Shown: in pieces, positions 56,349 to 64,000 of the stretch
How the letters are laid out: every line of letters starts with the position of its first letter
How positions within the stretch are numbered: the first letter of the stretch is position 1
NCBI GenBank assembly: GCA_963718615.1
Contig: OY970368.1
Span: 1,376,001 to 1,440,000, forward strand
Source of the DNA: an uncultured cyanobacterium
Lineage (GTDB): Bacteria; Cyanobacteriota; Cyanobacteriia; PCC-9006; JAAUQQ01
Direction: 5' to 3'
DNA: 64,000 nt
Made by a program: the position numbers and the translations under genes
Notes under the pieces: model-generated
The model's database searches: none
Seen by the model: only the letters and a program-made list of their open reading frames with translations
What the model was told of the DNA's origin: nothing

Positions 56349-57293
56349 CTAAAGATTTTTGATGGGTTCGGTAGCATTGAAATAACGATAGTCTAAGTAC
56401 CGATGACCATCGCTAGTGTCATAGAGCATGTCAATAAATCGATGGTTCCAGAGAATATTCTGCACCGCGTAGACATAGCGGGCATGGATCGGTTGCAAAA
56501 TGGTTTCGTCGAGACCGCTTAAAGACACCAAAATCGTACTGCGCATTTGCTGAAGTGAATCGGAAGTTGCCCCGTGGAGAGGACTCTCGGCGTCGATGGT
56601 GTGCATCACGGTCCAGCCTAGGCTAAACCGAGGGGTTTCATTCCGCATGAGTTTGAGACTGTAGAACCGGCGCAGATGCTGGCCTTCCAAGGAAATTTCG
56701 TCACGCAATAGAAAAACCTTGAGCTGGGCTTCCAAAATTTGGTTGTGGCGCTGGTTGGCAATGCGGAAGACCAGCGTGGGTTGACCATTGTAGGGTTCAA
56801 CCACGGCGACAGTGCTAAACATCACCCGAGCCCGAGAGCGCGAGAAGCGAGCAAAGGCCAATCCTGTAATCACCGCGATACTAATAATACTAACCATGGC
56901 TTCGATCGCCACGATCCCATTGGTATAAAGCGTATTGGGATACATCGCGCCATAGCCAATTGATCCTAGAGTCTGAACGCTAAAAAAGAAGGCGTCGGCA
57001 AAGTTTCCGGGCTTGGCATTTTCAATGCCGCCGGGGTCCAGCAAATAGGCCAGGGCAAACAGCGTATTGACCAAACCATAGCCCAAGGTCAACAGCAAAA
57101 AGAACAGCCACCAGGGTAGGGTCGAAAACAGATGATAGGGCTCTCGCCAATGGTTATACCAGCGATCGAGACCGACGATTTCAAACTGACCCTCTTCAAC
57201 GCGCAAATGCACAATGGGAGGGCGGGATAGCTGAGTCTTAAGGCGATGGATAAGGCGCTGGACAGAGTGCCGAACGGCGCGGAACAGCAGCAT
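56349..57293 (-). CDS. Inward-rectifier K+ channel (KirBac family)
   Basis: DAFFFSVQTLGSIGYG pore helix/filter, GLAFARFS, FRIANQR, WTVMH.ID..SPL.G, SGLDET. Confidence 0.92.
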   Translation of the reverse strand: MLLFRAVRHSVQRLIHRLKTQLSRPPIVHLRVEEGQFEIVGLDRWYNHWREPYHLFSTLPWWLFFLLLTLGYGLVNTLFALAYLLDPGGIENAKPGNFADAFFFSVQTLGSIGYGAMYPNTLYTNGIVAIEAMVSIISIAVITGLAFARFSRSRARVMFSTVAVVEPYNGQPTLVFRIANQRHNQILEAQLKVFLLRDEISLEGQHLRRFYSLKLMRNETPRFSLGWTVMHTIDAESPLHGATSDSLQQMRSTILVSLSGLDETILQPIHARYVYAVQNILWNHRFIDMLYDTSDGHRYLDYRYFNATEPIKNL

Positions 57294-57323
57294 AGCGCAA
57301 GGATGGTTCTTGGTTAGGGGGCT

Positions 57324-58598
57324 TTATTTTTGAGCCTTCTTTGCTGCAATTTTATCTTTAAGCACCGTTATCGCTTTGGCATACTGCGGATCCTGGAGCG
57401 TACCAATGAGCGTTCGGTCCTGGCTTAAGGTTTCCTGAGCGGTTTCGCTTAGTTCTAGCACCACATCCGGATCAATGCCATGTTTGTTGATATCTCGTCC
57501 GCTGGGCGTCAAATATTTGGCGATCGTCACCGCCAGCCCAGAACCATCCCCCAAGGGCCGTACCGATTGCACCAAACCCTTCCCAAAGGTCTTCGTCCCA
57601 ATCAACTCGGCGCGATGGTTGTCTTGCAGGGCTCCTGAGAGAATTTCGCTGGCGCTGGCTGATCCCCCATCCACCAACACCACTAGGGGACGATCGGTGA
57701 GGGCACGCCCATTGGCTTCCTCGCGATCGGAAATCCCACGACGATCGACGGTGGAGACAATCGTGCCGTCATTCAGCCACATTCGAGCAATTTCAATACT
57801 GGCGAAGAGGAGACCGCCGGGGTTGGAGCGCAAATCCAAGACATAGCCGTCAACGTTCTTGGTTTCCAGGGTCCGAATGGCCGTCCGCATCTCTTCCGCC
57901 GCATTGGCGTTGAACTGATTCAGTCGGATGTAGCCGGTTTTGAAGCCTTCGTCGTTACGCTCGCTATACCGAACCGGGTGGATTTCAATGCGATCGCGCC
58001 GGATCGCAAACTCCAGTTCCTTCTTTTCGTCCCGACGCACCGTTAGCGTCACGGTTTCCCCCACGGGACCTCGGATCAGCTTGACCGCATCATCCACATT
58101 CATTCCTTCGGTGCTCTTGCCATTAATCTTGATGATTACGTCCCGAGACTGCACCCCAGCCGTAAAGGCTGGTGTATCTTCAATCGGGGCAACGACGACC
58201 AGTTCTTTAGTCTTCTCGTCTTGACTAAGCTGAATCCCAACCCCGGTCAGTTCCCCCGAGGTATCGATTTTCATGTTCTTAAACTCGTCTGGGTCCATGA
58301 AGCGTGTATAAGCATCGCCCAGGGGCTCCAGCATTTTGCGAATGGCTTCGTAGGCGTCGTCCTTGCTGGAATAGTTTTGATTGAGATATGCAAGACGCAC
58401 TTTGCGCCAATCCGTCTGATTAAACGTCCCGTCAACGTAGTCCTTGTCGATGATGTGCCAGACTTCGTCGATCAGTTCCTTCGGACTATCTTGGAAAAAT
58501 GCCTGTACCTTTGACCACTGATTGACTCCCACCAAAGTGACGGTTGCTACTACAGCCGCTGTCGCACCGATTACAAGCTTCGTTTTGGGGAACGCCAT
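57324..58598 (-). CDS. Carboxyl-terminal processing protease (S41, CtpB/CtpC type)
   Basis: YVDGTFN, D.YTRF, PDZ (GVGIQL), DLRSNPGGL, SASASEI, TFGKGLVQ. Confidence 0.93.
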   Translation of the reverse strand: MAFPKTKLVIGATAAVVATVTLVGVNQWSKVQAFFQDSPKELIDEVWHIIDKDYVDGTFNQTDWRKVRLAYLNQNYSSKDDAYEAIRKMLEPLGDAYTRFMDPDEFKNMKIDTSGELTGVGIQLSQDEKTKELVVVAPIEDTPAFTAGVQSRDVIIKINGKSTEGMNVDDAVKLIRGPVGETVTLTVRRDEKKELEFAIRRDRIEIHPVRYSERNDEGFKTGYIRLNQFNANAAEEMRTAIRTLETKNVDGYVLDLRSNPGGLLFASIEIARMWLNDGTIVSTVDRRGISDREEANGRALTDRPLVVLVDGGSASASEILSGALQDNHRAELIGTKTFGKGLVQSVRPLGDGSGLAVTIAKYLTPSGRDINKHGIDPDVVLELSETAQETLSQDRTLIGTLQDPQYAKAITVLKDKIAAKKAQK

Positions 58599-58918
58599 AG
58601 TGCCGAAGGAATTTGGATATATGGAAGATACGCTTCACTAGTATAAGGAGTGAGCGAGAATCTGGCAGCCTGCCGAGCGTATTCACAGCGGGAGCTGCAA
58701 GGCCCCTGGTCGAGTCAAAAAAAATACAAGGACAAGCGATAGGGCGATCGCCTTTTCATCATATTACGGATTTTTTCAAGGCAATGGGAAGAGGATCCGG
58801 AGAACATCAAGATTGTCCTCCAAGATTATGCTCCAGGATTCCTTCCCCCAATTGTCCCTATTCAGCGAAACTAAAAGATCGTGAATTTAATAACCTACAA
58901 AATGAAGCCGAACGGCCC

Positions 58919-60166
58919 CTAGTCAGGGTCCACCCAACGGTCATCGGCCTTAATCAAGTTAATCAGCTCGGTCACACCATCGGCTTCCGGGACCCGTTTG
59001 ATTTCATCTCGGCCTCGGTAAAGCGAGATATAGCCAGGGGTTTTGCCCACATAGCCGTAGTCCGCATCCGCCATCTCACCCGGACCATTGACAATGCAGC
59101 CCATCACCGCGATGTCGAGGCCCACCAGATGCTTCGTTGCCTCCCGAACCTTGTGCAGCACCTCTTCCAGATTAAACAGAGTGCGACCGCAGGAGGGACA
59201 AGCTACATACTCCACCATGGTTTTGCGAAGACCGAGGGCCTGCAAAATTTCGTAGCACACCGGAATCTCTTTTTCCGGGGCTTCCGTGAGTGACACTCGG
59301 ATCGTATCGCCAATGCCTTGGGCCAGCAGGGGTGCGATCCCCGCCGTGGATTTGATACGGCCATAGTCACCGTCTCCCGCTTCTGTAACGCCGAGGTGCA
59401 GCGGATAGTCCATATTTTCCGCATCCATGCGCTGGACCATGAGCTGATAGGCCGCAATCATCACTGGCACCCGCGAAGCTTTCATGGAAATCACCAGATT
59501 GCGATAATCTAGCAACTCACAAATGCGGATAAACTCCAAGGCCGACTCCACCATGCCTTCGGGGGTATCGCCGTAGGTAAACAGCATCCGCTCTGACAAA
59601 GAGCCATGGTTAACCCCAATACGCATGGCTTTACCTTGATCCCGCAGGGAAACGACTAGAGGTTCAAGGGTTTCGCGAATTTTGTCGCGAATTTCGTTAA
59701 ATTCGCTGGTGGTGTATTCGGTGCGATCGCTCTTCGGTTTCTCAAAGACATACAGCCCCGGATTGATCCGCACCTTATCCACATGCTGTGCCACCTCTAG
59801 GGCAATTTTCATGCCGTTGTGGTGTACATCGGCCACCAAAGGAACCACTTGATAGGTATCGTGCAGCTTCTGCTTAATGTCCTTTAGGGCTTTGGCATGG
59901 GCCAAGCTGGGCACGGTGACGCGAACAATTTCGCAGCCGATTTCATGGAGCCGACGAATGGCCGCAGTGGCACCCTCAATATCTAAGGTGTCCTCATTAA
60001 TCATCGACTGGACCACGACCGGAGCACCGCCCCCAATCGTAATATTGCCGACCTGGACAGGACGCGTTTTGCGGCGGCGGATCATCGTGTCAATGCCCGT
60101 CGGGGGCTGAGAAGCCGCCTCTGACGAAATCGACGTTTGAGAAATCTCTGGTGACAGCGTTTGCAT
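58919..60166 (-). CDS. ispG: (E)-4-hydroxy-3-methylbut-2-enyl-diphosphate synthase
   Basis: [52 protein letters not shown]. Confidence 0.98.
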   Translation of the reverse strand: MQTLSPEISQTSISSEAASQPPTGIDTMIRRRKTRPVQVGNITIGGGAPVVVQSMINEDTLDIEGATAAIRRLHEIGCEIVRVTVPSLAHAKALKDIKQKLHDTYQVVPLVADVHHNGMKIALEVAQHVDKVRINPGLYVFEKPKSDRTEYTTSEFNEIRDKIRETLEPLVVSLRDQGKAMRIGVNHGSLSERMLFTYGDTPEGMVESALEFIRICELLDYRNLVISMKASRVPVMIAAYQLMVQRMDAENMDYPLHLGVTEAGDGDYGRIKSTAGIAPLLAQGIGDTIRVSLTEAPEKEIPVCYEILQALGLRKTMVEYVACPSCGRTLFNLEEVLHKVREATKHLVGLDIAVMGCIVNGPGEMADADYGYVGKTPGYISLYRGRDEIKRVPEADGVTELINLIKADDRWVDPD

Positions 60167-60491
60167 ACCCAATTGGTCGCTTGTGGACAGGCGTAGGTTA
60201 GATCAAAATGCTCAAGCCTTGGGGATCAGGGTCTTAATTCGCTGACCTCAGGCATTCTCAGGTTGCCATACAAAGGCTCTTTTGAGGACCCTTTTGGGTA
60301 ATTTCAGCGAGGAGATTGCAGAAGAAATTTTGCAGAAGCTGAAAAGACTGCGAAACATCCGTGTATATGCCAGCAATTGTTACCAAAATAAATCACTTTG
60401 ACTCGTAAATTTTCCGTACATCTGAGCAGATGCGTCGCAGACATCAAGTGGGCAGACTAAGCACAGACGCTCGACGAAAGTGTGGACGCAT

Positions 60492-61691
60492 ATGATGACG
60501 GTCGGTGAACAAGCGTTAGCTCCTGTCGCAATCAGCGAATTTGACATGGACAAGCAGGTGCGCTTGTTCAAATCGCTGAAGCAGCTCCAGTTAACCGGTC
60601 AGTTGCTCCTCAATGATCATAAGGACCAATCCTGGACGCTCTATCTCTATATGGGGCGGATTGTCTATGCCACGGGCGGCCATCATCCGGTGCGACGGTG
60701 GAAGCGGGGATTAATGATCCATTGTCCTCGGTTGGTGTCGGTTCCCATTGTGTTGCAAGAGCCCCCCGAGGGCCAAGCGGGCAATGAGCTGACCCTCTGC
60801 TGGGAGTACCAACTGCTGTACCAGTGGGTGAGCCAGGGCAAACTCTCGCGGGAAGAGGCCAGCAAAATTATTCGCACGATTACGGTTGAGGTACTGTGCG
60901 ATGTCGCCCAAGCTCAGGAGGTCACCTACCAAGTCAAGTCCGACAACACTTTGCCGACTAAGCTGACGCTGATTGATGCGGAGCAGGCGGTGATGGAGGC
61001 CCATAAGGTCTGGGAAGCCTGGAAAACGGCTCGCATTGCCGATCGCTCGCCCAATTCTGTGCCGGTGATTCGTCAGCCCCAGCAGCTTCAGGAAAAAACC
61101 TCCCAGTCAATTTATCAAGTGCTGAGCCGCTTGCTGGATGGCCAGCAGAGTCTGCGGGATCTATCGGTCAAGATGAAGCGGGATGTTTCGGAGGTAACGC
61201 GATCGCTCCTTCCCTACATTCAGCTCGGGCTGATCGAGTTGGTAGATGTCCCCGATCTGCCTGCGCCCAGCTTTCCCAAAACACCGGTTCCTACTGCTGC
61301 CGCTGCACCAGCGCTGCGTCCTTTGATTGCCTGTATCGACGATAGTCCGTTTATTTGTCAGAGTATGGCGAAGGTATTGACCCAGGCCAACTATCGGTTT
61401 GTGGCCATTAATGATCCCCTGCGGGCGATCGCCGTCCTTCTGGCCCGTAAACCCAATTTGATCTTTTTAGACTTGGTCATGCCCAATGCCAACGGTTATG
61501 AAATCTGCGGCCAATTGCGCAAGCTCTCCTTCTTTAAGGAAACGCCCATTGTCATCTTAACGGGACATGATGGCATCGTTGACCGAGTGCGGGCCAAGCT
61601 TGTAGGGGCCTCTGAGTTTTTATCGAAGCCTGCGGATGCGGATGCAGTATTAGCTGTAATTCGCAAGCATCTCCATGAGCTTGCAGAATAA
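60492..61691 (+). CDS. PatA-family response regulator (PATAN + REC; PixG/TaxP-like)
   Basis: TGQL..W.LY...GRIVYATGG.H..RRW; C-terminal IACIDDS, LIFLDLVMP, DRVRAK.VGA..FL.KP. Confidence 0.92.
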   Translation: MMTVGEQALAPVAISEFDMDKQVRLFKSLKQLQLTGQLLLNDHKDQSWTLYLYMGRIVYATGGHHPVRRWKRGLMIHCPRLVSVPIVLQEPPEGQAGNELTLCWEYQLLYQWVSQGKLSREEASKIIRTITVEVLCDVAQAQEVTYQVKSDNTLPTKLTLIDAEQAVMEAHKVWEAWKTARIADRSPNSVPVIRQPQQLQEKTSQSIYQVLSRLLDGQQSLRDLSVKMKRDVSEVTRSLLPYIQLGLIELVDVPDLPAPSFPKTPVPTAAAAPALRPLIACIDDSPFICQSMAKVLTQANYRFVAINDPLRAIAVLLARKPNLIFLDLVMPNANGYEICGQLRKLSFFKETPIVILTGHDGIVDRVRAKLVGASEFLSKPADADAVLAVIRKHLHELAE

Positions 61692-61803
61692 AAATGGGGA
61701 ATCCTTACAGTAGCGCCATCGAAGCGATGTAACACCTGAGTCGCCCATTCCCATCCAAACTTTTTCTTCTGTCTTTGAGCTTTAGAATCCCGAGGTCAAT
61801 CCT

Positions 61804-62169
61804 ATGAACACCGCACTCATTGTTGAGGACTCTTTAACCGAGGCTGAAATCATTTCTAGCTGCCTAAAACAGGGCGGGATTAATGTTTTAACCGCTAAAA
61901 GTGGCGAAGAGGCGCTTGAGACCCTCGGCTCCACTTCTCCTGACATTATCATCCTGGATGTTGTTTTGCCTGGATGTAGTGGTTTTGAACTCTGCCGAAC
62001 CCTGAAATCTGAAAGCAAAACGAGCAGCATTCCCGTGCTCATGTGCTCCACTAAAGGCAGCGATATGGATAAGTTTTGGGGCATGAAGCAGGGTGCTGAT
62101 GCTTATCTTTCTAAGCCAATTGATCAGGATGAGTTTATTCGCACTGTTCGCGAGCTTTTGGGACGGTAA
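61804..62169 (+). CDS. Single-domain CheY-like response regulator (PixH-like)
   Basis: LIVEDS, PDIIILDVVLP..SGFELCR, DKFWGMKQGADAYL.KP. Confidence 0.93.
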   Translation: MNTALIVEDSLTEAEIISSCLKQGGINVLTAKSGEEALETLGSTSPDIIILDVVLPGCSGFELCRTLKSESKTSSIPVLMCSTKGSDMDKFWGMKQGADAYLSKPIDQDEFIRTVRELLGR

Positions 62170-62351
62170 TCTTATCGCCAGATAGCGCTTTATTTTCATC
62201 GGATTTTCTGGGATTACGAAGCAAATCAATTTTGGTTTTAATCACATCCTTTGGGATTATAAGAGTCGTTGTTCTGTGGAGCAATGGCTCTTTTTTGTGT
62301 TGTTCAGTTTAATTTTGAGGGAATCCTAGGGCTAGGCGCTATTTAGGAGAC

Positions 62352-62909
62352 ATGGCTGTGGTCCTGAACCCTGTCGCTGAGTCTGAATCTCTTTCCCAGT
62401 GGATTGATACAAACGCGTCCCGAGGGGGGGAGCGTTATCTTGGCTGTCATTTGGTCCCCAATTTAACTGTGGTCATGCCCGTTCATAAAATAACGGAGGT
62501 CTTGACCATTCCTACCCCTCAAGTGACTCCCATTCCGCATTTATCCTCATGGGTGATGGGTGTTTATAACTGGCGAGGAGATGTGCTGTGGATGGTAGAC
62601 CTTGGGCATTTGTTAGGTCTAACCCCTTGGTATCAGCAAACTGCTAACCGCTCCGTTCATAGTGCGTTGGTTGTGCGGACCCAGGATAGAAGCTCCACCA
62701 CTCCCAATGCTGGACAGAAAATGTTGGGGTTAGTGGTAAGCCAAATTCGCGACATTGAAACCTTAGAGGCCAACGCGCTGCATTCGCCTTCTTCTGCGAT
62801 CGCCTCTCCCGAGCTAGCTCCTTTTTTACAAGGACATTGGCTCAGACAGGATGGTGAATTGCTAGCCTTTTTAGATATTGATGCCATCTTTTCTATGATT
62901 GCAAAATAA
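62352..62909 (+). CDS. CheW-like adaptor (PixI-like)
   Basis: TEVL.I....TPIP....VMGVYNWRG.VLW.VDL..LLG, LGLVV. Confidence 0.92.
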   Translation: MAVVLNPVAESESLSQWIDTNASRGGERYLGCHLVPNLTVVMPVHKITEVLTIPTPQVTPIPHLSSWVMGVYNWRGDVLWMVDLGHLLGLTPWYQQTANRSVHSALVVRTQDRSSTTPNAGQKMLGLVVSQIRDIETLEANALHSPSSAIASPELAPFLQGHWLRQDGELLAFLDIDAIFSMIAK

Positions 62910-63006
62910 GTCGCTATTCCTAAATGAAAGTCGCCAAGCCTTTAGCTTTTTAATCCGTTTTTCAGTGCTGTATTGACCCCTCGCTTTGAATCTAAGGACT
63001 GTTCCC

Positions 63007-64000
63007 ATGACCCAATTGCCTTCCCCTTCCGCCAACTCGGAATCTCAAAACCTGGATAAGTCAAATTCCATGCCGGAGATCTCCTCCCTGCCCGATCCCG
63101 ACCCTAGTCAGTTGTGGGAACAGTTGCCCCAAACCTCCATGAGCGAGTCTTTAAAAACCTCAACAGCTCGGTTGGGCTCTCCCCAGATGCCTCAACTGGA
63201 ACCTGGAGAAATGATTGAGGAGCCCAAACTTGTGTATGGACCGCTGTTTAAGCAAGTAGAGGTGAGCTCATCTTCGAGTTGGCGGCAAGGGCGGCTGAAA
63301 AGCATGAGCCTGAAGCGGAAGACTATTTTGCTTTCGTTGCTGCTTAGCTTTTTACCCGCTGCCACGATCGGCGCTGGAACCTATGTAGTGGCGAGTAATG
63401 CACTGCTCAACCGGACCCAGGAATCCGCTCAAGCCGCAGTGGAGACGGTTGTGGAACAGTTTGCTCTGTTTATGCGAGAGCGCTATGGGGATATCCAGGT
63501 CATGGCCGCCCTGGACATCCTTACCCATTCCGACACTCGACTCTCGACGCCCTTAGAATCAAAGCAGCGAGTCTTAAATGGGTTCCTCAAGGCTTATCCC
63601 GTTTATGACAGCATTGCAGCCTTTGATCTGAAGGGGAATGTGACGCTGCAATCCACGGGTAAGGCCCTGGATAATCATAGCGATCGCCCCTACTTTCAAG
63701 AAGTTTTAAAGACACAAAAGCCCATTGTCTATTCCCAGGTCATCACCTCCAAATCCTCAGGGATTCCCAGTGTTTACGTGGCATCACCCATTCGAGAACA
63801 GGCCACAGGACAAATGATCGGCGTCATTCGGGCCAGAATTCCGGTGGCATCCTTACAAGGACTGATTCAAGAGTTTACGGCCACCAAATTTGAAAACGGC
63901 ACGAATAACGTCACCGCGAATGCCCCTGCGGTGGAATATTACTTCTACGATTCCCAAAATCACCTCATCGTGGATTCAATGGATGCCGGTGGCGCTGAAG
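63007..64000 (+). CDS. Methyl-accepting chemotaxis/phototaxis receptor, N-terminal part (TM + dCache); truncated by window end
   Basis: Open frame from ATG 63007 to the window end; SLKRKTILLSLLLSFLP TM helix, FMRERYGDIQ, YDSIAAFDL.G, DRPYFQ dCache-like motifs; follows patA-cheY-cheW. Confidence 0.85.
   Translation, partial: MTQLPSPSANSESQNLDKSNSMPEISSLPDPDPSQLWEQLPQTSMSESLKTSTARLGSPQMPQLEPGEMIEEPKLVYGPLFKQVEVSSSSSWRQGRLKSMSLKRKTILLSLLLSFLPAATIGAGTYVVASNALLNRTQESAQAAVETVVEQFALFMRERYGDIQVMAALDILTHSDTRLSTPLESKQRVLNGFLKAYPVYDSIAAFDLKGNVTLQSTGKALDNHSDRPYFQEVLKTQKPIVYSQVITSKSSGIPSVYVASPIREQATGQMIGVIRARIPVASLQGLIQEFTATKFENGTNNVTANAPAVEYYFYDSQNHLIVDSMDAGGAE

Larger units (their letters stand above)
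1..64000. repeat. HIP1 octamer GCGATCGC dispersed throughout
   Basis: Dozens of copies seen, e.g. 514-521, 1460-1467, 4483-4490, 6436-6443, 9180-9187, 11489-11496, 45659-45666, 48296-48303, 56253-56260. Not counted exactly. Confidence 0.97.

Noticed and set aside
58613-59293. 226-aa plus-strand ORF overlapping ispG
   Set aside because: Antisense to ispG and extends across an ordinary intergenic region; no motifs.

Overview
Chromosomal window from a filamentous cyanobacterium, judged from the very frequent HIP1 octamer GCGATCGC and the fraC-fraD-fraE septal-junction genes. Much of it is housekeeping: hom (truncated), an SF2 helicase, 6S RNA downstream of purK, iaaA, argZ, pbpC, cobO, bioB, ahcY, purF, purL, a KirBac channel, a Ctp protease, ispG and the start of a patA/cheY/cheW/MCP (pix/tax-type) operon. 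The most interesting part is a three-gene export/adhesion locus at 30.9-39.7 kb encoding a DUF11+SdrD-like protein, a large outer-membrane beta-barrel and a 1300-aa DUF11-repeat adhesin. The adhesin ends in an incomplete Lys/Asp-containing Ig domain, and the small protein starts with a free Asn-containing strand, suggesting covalent donor-strand (natural SpyTag/SpyCatcher-like) anchoring. Other candidates are a repeat-flanked gene fusing a glycine zipper, PspA/Vipp1-like helices and WD40; a DUF4058 gene deleted in frame at a HIP1 site next to a compositionally mosaic Roco protein with an amyloid-like tail; a Pseudomonas-type ahcY with a structured leader; and a local G/T-to-C/A skew flip around HIP1 sites. 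All family assignments come from motif recognition by eye, and no database searches were run.
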